64,000 nt of DNA, from NCBI RefSeq assembly GCF_006345805.1, contig NC_043001.1, positions 42,718,001 through 42,782,000 on the forward strand, given 5' to 3'. Positions 49,360 to 61,249 of the stretch are shown here, in pieces. The notes below the pieces were generated by a model. It searched no databases. It saw only the letters and a list, made by a program, of their open reading frames with translations, and was not told the origin of the DNA. Within the stretch, counting starts at the first letter, position 1. Every line of letters begins with the position of its first letter. The stretch comes from Octopus sinensis (Eukaryota). Both the position numbers and the translations under genes were made by a program.

Positions 49360-49557
49360 CTCCCGTGTTGCAGCTCAGAGCTGCAGCCATGCTGATGCAC
49401 CGCCGTTTTGTGCTACACTGTTATTATGAAGAACCTCCTCTAATGTGTGGCACTTGGTGAAGAATGGAGTTTGATATAGCTATTCTCATTTGCACCTCTT
49501 GCCGTGAGGTAGGTTCATCTGGGACTCTCGACAGGAAGATGTCCAGCTTTGATTTTA
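49360..49557 (-). mobile_element. CR1-group LINE 3' fragment
   Basis: Reverse complement of 43350-43545. Confidence 0.7.
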
Positions 49558-49619
49558 AATATATATATATTTATGTATATATATTATTTATATTATATTA
49601 TATATATATATATATATAT

Positions 49620-49923
49620 AAAAAGCACTATCCGAATCGTAGCCGATGCCAGCGCCGTCTCGACTGGCTTCTGTGCCAGTGGCACGTAAATTGCACCAAT
49701 CCGACCGTGGCTGTTGCCAGCCTCGCCTGGCACCTGTGCGGGTGGCACGTAAAAAGCACCCACTACACTCACGGAGTGGTTGGCGTTAGGAAGGGCATCC
49801 AGCTGTAGAAACATTGCCAGATAAGACTGGAGCCTGGTGCAGCCTTCTGGCTTCCCAGATCCCCGCTCGAACCGTCCAACCCATGCTAGCATGGAGAACG
49901 GACGTTAAACGATGATGATGATG

Positions 49924-49925
<2 letters not shown>
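49620..49925 (+). mobile_element. RTE 3' UTR fragment inside a (TA)n tract
   Basis: Matches the reverse complement of 44753-45050; (TA)n on both sides. Confidence 0.9.
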
Positions 49926-49955
<30 letters not shown>

Positions 49956-50794
49956 TCATACATATACATATGCATACATGAGTGCAGAACATCACCAACA
50001 GTAAACAATGAAATACGACAACAAATGAGTTCAATACGCAAACGTGAGAAACAAACGGAAAACAGGTCAAGTAACGTAATGAACAATCCTTCATCAGTTG
50101 TCAGCTGTCTACTCATTTTGAGCATTGAATGACCATATGAGTCTTCAAAGACAATCACTCTCATAAGTACCAAGATAATATTTGGGATTTATGGAGAGTG
50201 AAAGTTGGGAACAAAAACAGAACAATGGAAACATACAAAGAAACCAAATGAAAACAAACATGGAGGGTCATTAGACCAGAACAATGGTAAAATAGCAAAA
50301 GCTGAAGAAATATTTTCTGTGACAAAAGGAAAGATAGGAGATATAATACATCCAGTCCTGAAAGAAAAGAAGATGATCACGTGAGGAAAAGAAAGATGGA
50401 CGATAGTCATGTGTGAGCAACAAGAGAGAGAGAGAGACAGACAGATAGAAGACTGTGAAGGGGAGAGAAAAAGGGAATTAGAGAAAGGATGAGAGAGAAA
50501 ATGATAGGGGAGAAAACACTATAGAGTAGAGTCGCATCAAAAAGATTCAGATAAACTTACTTAGAAATGGATACGTGGCATTCCAATGCTCAAAATGAGG
50601 AGTAGATAGACAACCGACAACTGATGCAGGGTCATTCTTTATTTTACTTGTCCTGCTTTCCATTTGTTTTTGTATTTCATGTTGTTTACTGTTGGTGACG
50701 TCCTGTACCTATATATGCATATGTATGTATATATATATATATATAAAATCTATATTATTATTTGAGTGAATGCTGTACTTCCATGTATGTATGT

Positions 50795-51148
50795 ATTCTT
50801 TTATTTGTTTCAGTCGTTTGACTGTGGCCATGCTGGAGCACCGCCTTTAGTAGAACAAATCGATGCCAGCACTTATTCTTTGTAAGCTGGTACTTATTCT
50901 ATTGGTCTCTTTTGCCTAATCGCTAAGTTACAGGGACATAACCACACCATCATTGGTTTTCAAATGATAGTGGGAGGACAAACACTGTCACACAATATAT
51001 ATATGTATATACATATACATCAGGCTTCTCTCAGTTTCAGTCCACCAAATCCACTCACAGGCTTTGGTTGGCCCAAGGTGCCATGCAGTGGGACTGAACT
51101 CGGAACCATATGGTTGGCAACCAAGCTACTTACCACACAGCCACTCCT
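50795..51148 (-). mobile_element. Full-length tRNA-derived SINE family B with CR1-like tail
   Basis: Minus strand begins GGAGTGGCTGTGTGGTAAG, has a B-box-like GAGTTCAGTCCC and ends GCTCCAGCATGGCCACAGTCAAACGACTGAAACAAATAAAAGAA. Confidence 0.85.
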
Positions 51149-51174
51149 TTGCCTATAGCTATATATATATATAT

Positions 51175-52885
51175 TGTTACAAACCGCCGTCGCTCAAACT
51201 CTTCGGAAACCCGGGACCCTACCAAGTCGAGCGACGACGATTGACTGGCTTCATCGAACGGGGAATTCGCCACAGAAAGAGAGAATTCGGTGGGGGAAGG
51301 CGGCAGCGAACACGAACCGGCAACCGGAGAGAACAACAACAACAACAACAACAACAGCAGGAAGAGACGGCAGAAGGCAATTGGCTTACATTTAACAACA
51401 GTTTATAACAATTACGACATCAAATACAATGTGATACATAGCAGATACATTAAAGAAAGTAACATGCAACAGAATTAACAAGAAAACAAATCAAAGCATG
51501 CAGATACAGTTCAATGTTCAAATCACATTAAAGTCTTTCTCTCTTTTCAACAACTCTTTTCACAATGTCTTTACAATTTCATTTCTTTTTCTCTTTAACA
51601 CAGTTCTTTCTTTTTCCTCTTTCCTTCTTTCTCTTTTTTTCACATCAATTCTCTTTTTTTAGTTCAACAATTCTTTTCTTTAACACAACTCAGTTCTTTT
51701 CAACACATCAAAACATAACAACAAAAAGCAAACATAATCATTACCGAACGTTTTCGCGTCTGCAACTCTGCGACAATAGCCAATGCCTTCTACGCCGTAA
51801 CCTCCCCTTCAGTTCCTTAATCCTGTCTGCCTGTCTTCCTCTACGCTGTCATCCTCTCGCCTGTCATCTCTCACATTCACTATCTCCAGCAGAACTCCCT
51901 GTTACCAACTCGCTCTGTTCCCGACTGTCGACTGACTGACAAACTCCCAGTGCATTGCATTTTAAAGGGTGGTCTCTTAAACTTTCCTTGACTGGCAGAG
52001 GGCAAAAGGTCTCCTCCGAATACATAAACCTCCCCAGAAACTGACAGAACAAAAGATTTACCTGTCTCCCTGACACCAGATCACGAGAGTAGGTCGCAGC
52101 ACTCTTATTTTCTGAACTGAACTGACCCCCATATCACTACCCCCTCCCTAAGCTTTCTCGACCCGACAGAAGCACACTAAACCCGTACCTCCGAGGGCGA
52201 GCTCCAGCTGATGCTCCAGGAACTGGAGGTCTCCTTGGGTAGTTTCTCTTCCGGAGGTCTCGTTTCCCACGGCCACCACTTCACCACCGGCCACAAGTTG
52301 GCATCTTCCCTCTGCGGCTTGGGTAACGGCTCCGCCAAGGCCACGAGGCTTCCCACGAGCCGCCTACAATAGGCGCACCGTCCAAGGAAGTTCCTTAACT
52401 CCTTCACACAAGCAGGGTCCGGCCAATCCTTCACAGTGGCCACCTCCCTCAGTGCTCTATATCCCACGTAGCACCTTGCTGTGCCGTCTTCGTTCCTCGC
52501 AACTATCGCCGACGACCAGGGACCGTTCCGACTTTTCACTGCTCTCTGTCGCTGATACCTCCTCGATTTTCGCAGCCGAACTGGGACCATCCTCCGATCC
52601 TGCTGCCTCCTCGAGTGACGACCGCTCGGGTCGATGAAACGCTCCGCCAGGTCCGTGCGACCAACATCTGCTAAATCTCGCGACCAACGTCCTATGTTTT
52701 CCACCAACGGTTGCTTCTTCCGCAACATCCGAGTGCCAACCAAGCACCAGCGACTCCCTGCGGACCGCTTCCGCAACTGCACAGGTAGACTACCATCTCC
52801 TTCAACTGCATTACTGTATTGGCAGAACTGGCCCTGCCGCTGGTTCACTGTCCGGCGCAGTTCCCCGATTTGCCCTCCTGCGCCT
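51175..52885 (-). mobile_element. Gypsy LTR retrotransposon remnant: 962-bp 3' LTR (52136-51175), PPT and internally deleted pol
   Basis: Minus strand AGGGAGGGGGG-TAG-TG...TGTAACA; PWSSAIV...DGTARCYVGYRAL and VKDWP.P.CVKELRNFLG.CAY motifs. Confidence 0.8.
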
Positions 52886-54189
52886 ATGTATATATAAATA
52901 TATACACACATATATATATGTATATATATATTTGTATGTATATATCTATATGTATATATACTTGGAAATGGATGCCTGGCGTTCGATCATATAATGATAT
53001 AAATAATATATATATATATGCATATATACACACATACATGTACATGCCTACATATATATGTATATATACATGCATATATGAGTACAGGACATCAAAAAAA
53101 CATGAACAAACTGAGAAATGAGAACATAAAAAACAAAGCATGGAAAACGAACTTTTTTTTTAACAACAAAAGAAACAAATAGAGAAACAACACAAACAAC
53201 ATTCCCTTCATCAGTTCTCCCCTGTTTTTTCTACTCCGTGTTTCAAAGGTAAGGACAAAACATGACATTGTTAAAACAGTCCTTCCTGCAAAGCAAATTA
53301 AATCAAATTTGGGATTTTTTGCAGGGTTAAAGTGGTCACAAAAACAAGACAGTAAGAACAAAACAGTAAAAAGAAATGGTGAGGGCTACTTAAAATGTTT
53401 ATTTTAAACATTTTATAATGTTTACTTTTTTTTTTTTATAAATAAATATTAAAAGATATTTTGTCAAAGTTTACGTCTCCTTTTGTTATTTCATTTCAAA
53501 TAAATTGTGTCTCTTTTTTTTATACTCCCATTTCTACCAAAAGAAAACCACTATGATCTACTCACATCATATTTGTTATATGTGATTCTGTTCTGCAATG
53601 GATTAAATAAATCTGTATTTGAGATCAGTACTGCAGCTTGTTAAAATAATCAATTATTGGCTGCCCTTGCTTTACAGAAATATATTATATTTTCTCATAG
53701 TGTAGATTTGCATGTGGACTCCAACATCATCAACTACTACTTCCCTCAAACTAATTTACATAGTCACTACCTCTTTTCAAACAACCTTTAAATAATATTT
53801 ATACTGTTATGTATATTCTTTTATTTGTGGCTGAGTTGGAGGCTCAAGACTACGTACCTAAGCAATATTTTGAATAATATTACATAATTCTCACAATTTC
53901 AAATATCCTGTATGCCACAAGGTTATCAGTTTTTCACCACTTAGTTATTTTGTTTACTAACATGCTAGTGAAATGCTTCATAATAATGTTTCAAAAGTCA
54001 GAGAGGCAATCATGTAGAGAAACATAAAGATTTAATTGTGCCAATGATAGTATATTACTGGTACTTTATTTTATTGATATCAAAGGAGTGAAAGGTGAAA
54101 CTGACTTTAGGTTTAACCTAAGAAATGAAATACTCTCTTAGATGTAAAATATTGCCACAAACTACACAATTCCATTTTCTTACAAAAGA

Positions 54190-54668
54190 AGAATGTCAGC
54201 GGGGGTGGATGCTATGTGAGTGTAGCTGCTAGAATAAGAATAGCTTGGGCAAAGTCGGTACTGACTGATTGGCATCTGTACCGGTGGCATGTAAAAAGCA
54301 CCATTTGAGCGTGGTCAATGCCAGTGCTTGTTGACTGGTCCTGTGCTGGTGGCACATAAAAAAGCACTATTTGAACATGGTCATTGCCAGTACCACCTGA
54401 CTGGCTCCCATGCTGGTGGCACGTAAAAAGCACCATTCAAGCATGGTCGATGCCAGTATCGCCTGACTGACCCTCGTGTCGGTGGCATGTAAAATGAACC
54501 CACTACACTCTAGGAGTGGCTGGCATTAGAAAGGGCATCCAGCTGTAGAAACTTTGCCAGATTGGATTGGAGCCTGGTGCAGCCTTCTGGATTTCCAGTC
54601 CTCAGTCAATTTGTCCAACCCATGCCAGCATGGAAAGCGGATGTTAAACAATGATGATGATGATGAAG
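54190..54668 (+). mobile_element. Internally deleted RTE fragment: short coding piece joined to the tandem-repeat 3' UTR
   Basis: GGGC...AARIRIAWAK followed directly by GTGGCACGTAAAAAGCAC-type units and a (GAT)n tail. Confidence 0.8.
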
Positions 54669-55129
54669 ATAATGGGTATTTGGGACATATCTTATTCGAG
54701 GGCCTTTGTGAAACAAGCTTGATAGCTTAACATCACTTTTTGGCATGTGTGTGTAAATGTAAATTGATTTCTACTGAAGAGACACAGCCCAGGTATTTAC
54801 TTGGAGGGTATAGTTAGTTGAATCAACTCCAATATATCATTAATATTTAATTAATCTACCTCAAAGAGATAAAATGTAATGTTGATTGCTGCATAATTAG
54901 TATAATTATTTTGGCACTTGATAATACGCTTTATAGCAGACACTTCAAATGTTCTTTTTACATTAGGTCTTTTCTCATGACCACATACCAGGTTAAGTCA
55001 AAAGTTTTTTTGTTTCCTAACCTTTAATTAATAGTTCAAGCAATTTGCAAATGAAAAGCATTTATTTATCAAAATATATCCTATCATATTTTGTTGTCTG
55101 TTGCTATCATTGCTGATTGACACCCAACA

Positions 55130-56352
55130 TGGTTTCTGACCAAGAAGAAACTGTTTGAATCAGCTCTTACAAACAATATGACTGGGTGTTAAAACAGCTG
55201 CTCAACCACTCAAATGTGGAAGCGATATATATCGACTTTGCAAAGGCCTTCAAGAAAGTCAATCATGGAATGTTATGTCACAAACTGTATGATCTCAGCA
55301 TAGTCGGGAAATTGGGAGAATGGCTGCATGATTTTCTGAGGGATAGAAGTCAGGTAGTAGCAAATGGGGATGCCTCCAATGACACGCAAATAATGAGTGG
55401 TGTTCCACACTATGCACTTTCAGTGTGTATTGGATGAAATATACAAGTAGGCTGAAAAGAATAACATGCAGTTTAATGCTGAAAAGTTTCAAGCCTTGTG
55501 CTATCAGCATGCAAAACTAAATGCAATACCAATTAAACACACTGGACCTGGAGAGATTGCAATCCCAGAGACACAGTCAGTGCGAGACCTGGGCATGATT
55601 AATGGCGCATCCTTCCATGTGCTTGTTGCTAAGTTGGCAATGAAATGCAGGTGGCTGACCAAATGGATTCTTAAAACTTTTAGAACAAGAGATCAGGAAA
55701 CCGTGATTGTCCTCTGGAGGACACTTGTCCTAAGCCACTTTGACTATTGCTCCTAGCTATGGTCACGAACCAATATCAAATTAATTGCAGAACTTGAGGC
55801 AACCCAACAAAGCTACACGAAGATGATAGCCTCTATGCAGCATATAAGCAACTGGGAGAGATTCAAGAGATTAAGACTCCATTCATTAGAGCATAGATGA
55901 GAAAGATATGCCATAATCTACATCTGCAAGATATTGTAGGGACTTGTCCCAAACTTTGGCATCGAGAGTTACATGATTACTAGAACAGGGCACCACTGCA
56001 TATTGCCAAGGATTCTAAATTTGCCATCAAGATATAGTACAAGATACTGCAACAGCCTGGGCTTTAGGGGACCACAGCTCTTCAATATCCTCCTGAAGGA
56101 CCTGAGAGATCTGCATGAGATGGATGTAGGTGTTTTCAAAATGAAACTGGACCTCTTACTGTCAAGTGTCCCAGATGAACCAACTTCACAGCAGGAAGGG
56201 CAGATGAGCGCAGCAGCATCAAACTCCCTCATACATCAAATGTCAATTTCTAAAATGAATTAGTGAAGTAAAATTATGTAGCAACACCAAATGGCTGTGC
56301 TCCATCATGTCAACAGCTTATGAGCTGAAACTAGATCAAATCAAATCAAATC
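55130..56352 (+). mobile_element. Decayed CR1-group LINE (RT core to 3' tail)
   Basis: IYIDFAKAF motif; 55600-56340 is homologous to 42820-43550 but has stops. Confidence 0.85.
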
Positions 56353-56759
56353 ATATATATCTATATATAGAGGAGTATATTTTTCCCTTGTTAACAATTA
56401 ACACGGAAAAAATAGATAAAGCCTCGAGAAACACCCAAGTACCTTAATTTCATCTACTAATTACTTTAGTCCACTGGAGGGATAAAAGTAGAATGAGTTA
56501 TTATTGCCTCTTGGCTGAAACAGCTGTAAGATGTTATCCCAATTTCTATTGCTCTATGCTATATATTTTAATAATTACTGATATTTTCATATTATATATG
56601 TAAAGCATAATATGTTATACATGTATGTATATTGTTATAATTGTCCTCATAGTAAATAAATAAATTGACATAATATAATGTCTAAAAGTTGATGAATACC
56701 ACTATTGATCCCCTCCATTTTCTTATTGCTCTCTCTCTCTGTATATATATGTGTGTGTC

Positions 56760-58208
56760 TAAGCACCACTGATGCCATATTCCTGGTTCGACAACTGCAG
56801 GAGAAATACCTAGCCAAAGATAAACCCCTATACTTAGCTTTTGTGGACTTGGAGAAAACCTTTGACAATGTTCCCCGATTCCTTATCTGGTGGGCAATGC
56901 GGAAACTGGAGATTGATGAATGGTTAATAAGGGCTGTACAGGCCCTTTACAGAGAGGCTGTTAGTAAGGTTAGGATTGGTAATGAGTAGAGTGAAGAATT
57001 CCGGGTAGAAGTTGGCGTCCACCAAGGCTCAGACCTCAGTCCCCTTTTATTCATCATAGTCCTCCAGGCAATAACAGAGGAATTCAAGATGGGTTGCCCC
57101 TGGGAGCTCCTCTATGCTGATGGCCTAGCTCTCATAGCAGAATCACTATCGGACTGCAGAGGACATGCATAGGCTTGAAAGAAATGAAGCTAGCACGATC
57201 CGCTGGATGTGTAATGTCAGTGTGCACACACGACAGAGTGTAAGCACCCTGAGAGAAATGCTGGACATAAGAAGCATCGGATGTGGTGTACAGGAGAGAC
57301 GTTTGCACTGGTATGGTCATGTACTATGGATGGATGAGGAGAGATGTGCAAAGAAGTGCCACTCCCAAACTGTTGAAGGAATCCGGGGTAGAGGTAGACC
57401 CAGGAAGACATGGGATGAGGTGGTCAAGCAGGACCTTCGTACGTTGGGCCTCACAGAGGCAATGACGAAAGACAGAGACCTCTGGAGATATGCTGGGACT
57501 GCAAAGACCTGACAAACGAAGTGAGTTCATGGCTCACAGGACGGCCTGCTGTGCTAACCTTGGTTCGTAGGGCAACCTGCTGTGCTTGAAGAGACTTATT
57601 GTGTCAAGTACATCAACATCAAAATAAAGATCAAATGGATATAGTAGTTGTGATACCCATGCTGGTGGCAAGTTGGGCCTCACAGAGGAAATGACAAAGA
57701 CTGAGACCTCTGAGATATGCTGTGACTGTGAAGACCCGACAAATGAAGTGAGTTCATGGCTTGCAGGACGGCCTGCTGTGCTAACCTTGGACCATAGAGT
57801 GACTTACTGTTCTTGAGGAGACCTATTGAGTCAAGTATATCAACACCAACATCAAAATAAAAATCAAATGGAAATTGTAGCTAAGATACCCATGCTGGTG
57901 GCATGTAAAAAGCAGCATCTGAATGTGGCTGATGCCAGCACCGGCTGACTGGTGTCCATGTCAGTGACACGTAAAAAGCACCAACTGATCGTGGCCATTT
58001 GCCAGCCTCCTCTGGCCTCTGTGCTGGTGGCACATAAAAAGCACCCACTACACTCACAAAGTGGTTGGCACTAGGAAGGGCATCCATCTGTAGAAACACT
58101 GCCAGATCAGACTGGAGCTTGGCACAGCTTCCAGGCTTCCCAGACCCCAGCCGAACCGTCCAACCCATGCTAGCATGGAAAACGAACGTTAAATGATGAT
58201 GATGATGA
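56760..58208 (+). mobile_element. RTE subfamily B: RT fragment, internal deletion, ORF end, duplicated 3' segment, (GAT)n tail
   Basis: STTDAIFLVRQLQEKYL...FVDLEK, ELLYADG and RGRGRPRKTW motifs. Confidence 0.88.
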
Positions 58209-58287
58209 TCTATCTAATTTATTGCCACGATCGACTGCTAACTCCAAAAGTTTTTTTTATTCTCTCTCTGCTTATTTCCTTGTGTTC

Positions 58288-58323
58288 CTTTCTGTTGAAG
58301 AGTGTAGGCTTGAAACATAAAAG
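58288..58323 (+). ncRNA. Degenerate minimal hammerhead-like motif
   Basis: CTTT-CTGTTGA-A-GAGT-GTAG-GCTT-GAAAC-ATA-AAAG; A6 of the core is replaced by U. Confidence 0.35.
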
Positions 58324-58599
58324 ACTTTCTCACCTTCCCGGGCATCAAACTAATACACCTACCTGTTGATTATACACCTGTCTTCGTCTTTTGTCTTTCT
58401 GTAAATTAAAATCCTGGTTCAATGACAGATCGATCAAGTTACTGAAGTTTTAATGTATTTTTCAACATAGATTAAAAAAAAATTCGAAAATGTTAAACAT
58501 TAAAAATTTTGAACACGCGGTTTTTTGTATATTTGGAATCTCCATCATTGAAAGCATAGGAATCCAGTAAAAAAAAAAATTGGAAAGGTCAGTTTTTGT

Positions 58600-60600
58600 G
58601 GGGAGGATGGGTATCCAATGTACAAAAGATGCAAACCAGGAGATGGTGGATTCCATTTCATTCTTCAGCCACAGCAAAGTCCAGTCATCGTAGACAACAG
58701 ACGGATCGTCCCATATAGTCTGCTATTGCTACGAGTTTTCAAGGCACACATTAACGTGGAATTTTGCAATTCTGTTCATTCCATCAAATATGTATGCAAA
58801 TATATAAACAAAGGGTCTGACATGGCTGTTTTTGGCTTTTCAGATGCTGATGGGCCAATGAGGTACACTAATATCTATTTAAGCAGTAATGAAGCTGCTT
58901 GGTGACTCTTTCATTTCCCCATCCACATTCACATCCCACAGTTGTCCACCTCTCTGTTCATTTCGAAAATGGTCAAAAAGTTTATTTTGATCCATTGAAT
59001 CCTGAAAGAGTTACAGGACAAATATATGCGTCACAGGCAATGACTCTCACAGCATTCTTTAACCTGTGTAGATGTGATGCATTCACTGCAACCATCTTCT
59101 ACTCAGGCATACCAAAGTATTACACCTGGAATAACCATGTTAAGAAGTGGAAGAGGAGAAAGCTTGGTGTAACCATCGAAGGGCATCCACACATAAAAAA
59201 AAGTAATGCTTTAGGTCGAGTTTATATGGTCCACCCCAAAAACTTCAAATGCTGCTGTCTCCAGATGCTCCTCCACAAAGTTCCTGGACCAATGTCATTC
59301 AATGTCTCCACATTCTACCTGGAGATAGCACCTTAAAATAGTAAACTCCTTGATTTGCGAAACATTTTGACGAGCCTGCCAACAATGTCTTCTCGAAGAC
59401 AACTGTCAATAGAGTTTAGCTCTTTCTGACACAGCAATTGCATCCATAGCTTACCAACTAAAATTCTTCGCCATCATGTTGTACCATTGCTATTTACTAA
59501 ATCCACTACAACTTTGGGAAAATTACAAAGACCGCCTGTTTGATGACATCCTTCATGAAGCTTGACAATTGCATGGAGCAAGTGCCTGCTACTCGTATGT
59601 TATACACTGAAGCATTACGGCATTTAGAAGACATGCTTAATTCCATTGGGGGCAAAAGCTTATCCGACTATGGCATTCCAACACCTTCAGCTGATCATCA
59701 TGGCCTTTCAAGAAAGAGCATACGATTTGGATGCCTTGAAAAGGCAACTTGATGAAAGTGAACCATTGTTGCAAGCTCAGCGAAGGTCTGTTTACAATGA
59801 AATAGTAGTGTCTACCTGGCAAGTGGAAGGACGTCTTTTCTTCATTGATGCACCAGGAGGAACAGGGAGATTTTTTCTACTTAGGGGAGTTGGGAAACAT
59901 GATTGCAGTCACACCATCAGGGATAGCAGCAACTTTGTTAACAGGTGGACGAACTGCTCACTCAACATTCAAATTACCTTTCAATATGACTTCAACAGTT
60001 GCCCAAATGTGCAATATTTCAAAATGACCACCAACAGTGGAAGTTCCACTCCAGACTACACTTATTGTCTGGGATGAATGCATGATAGCTCACCATGGTG
60101 CACTAGAAGCCCTAGATAGGTCACTAAGGGATATTAGAAACAATACTGCCATTATGGGGTGGTGGTGGTAGTAGCTTAACTGTTGTCCTTGCAGGGGATT
60201 TCTGTCAAATATTACCAGTCATACCATGAGGTATGTGAGCTAATGAGATTTATGTATGTCTGATGTCTTCATCAGCTTTCATTAAGCAAGAATATGCGAG
60301 CTCATTTCTACAACAACCCCTTAGCTGAGGAATTCTCTCATTAACTGCTGCAAATTGGAAATGGCGCCTTACCGTTGAATAACACCCTGCAGCAGCATGT
60401 ACTGCAATGTAGGCACATGGTGTCTACATTGGCTGAGCTTAAAGAAAAGGTATTTCCCACTTCGCAAGACTTCAGAAACATAGCATAGTTTGCAGAGAGA
60501 GCTATTTTAGCACCTTGGAATGAAAGCGTTGATAAAGTACACCATGAACTCCTCCACATTCTACCTGGAGATGCTTCAACATTTGTCTCCACTGATACTA
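58600..60600 (+). mobile_element. Helitron Rep-helicase pseudogene fragment (late Rep region to Pif1 helicase)
   Basis: VDNRRIVPYS...HINVEFC.S..SIKYVCKYINKG.D, LGRVY.VHP, FIDAPGGTG, SGIAATLL.GGRTAHS.FKLP, LAGDF.QILPV. Confidence 0.9.
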
Positions 60601-61249
60601 CCATCAATGAACACCTATTTATTTTCTGAACATTTATAGTGTTGATTGTACCTGTGAAAATGTATACTTCAACACATTTCAGTGAGGATAAGTTACAAAC
60701 TGAAGTAAGTCATTTTTATCAATTTTGCTTTTCAAACTTTCATGTTTTTCTCTTCAATGAAAAATGTTCTGATATGAAACTAGCCTCTGACAAAGATTTT
60801 ACAATCTTGTTCAGTTGACAGTTAGCAAAACATTTAATGTTTTTACTTATAACCTGCTTGTCATCTCTAAGATTAGCAATGCTTTAGAAGCATTCAAGTG
60901 GAACTTACGAAAGAAAATCTTGTATTCAGTATTGTTAAAAGTTAACTATCAAATTGGGGATAACATCTCTTGAGGCCCTTTGCATATTACAAGTGGGTTT
61001 GAACCTAGAACTATGCAGTTGGGTTTGCTTTGCAATCACATAGCTTCAGGTTCAAGGTCACAGCACAGCACTTCAGTAAGTCTTGATCAAAACCTATATT
61101 ATGTGTATGCATACTTACAGCTAATGCATTAGGTGTCAACTATAAGGAAGGATCTCAGTTGCTCTAGTGCGAGCTTGCCTAGCCTATTTAAACTAGAACC
61201 AGTTTACCAGCATTTACCATAGCAACAGCATGCGTGCATTACCATTTCT

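Noticed and set aside
53190-53260. GAAAC...GTA...CTGATGAAGG as a type II hammerhead (also at about 50090 and 50610)
   Set aside because: No stem I hairpin can form between the putative cleavage site and the core.
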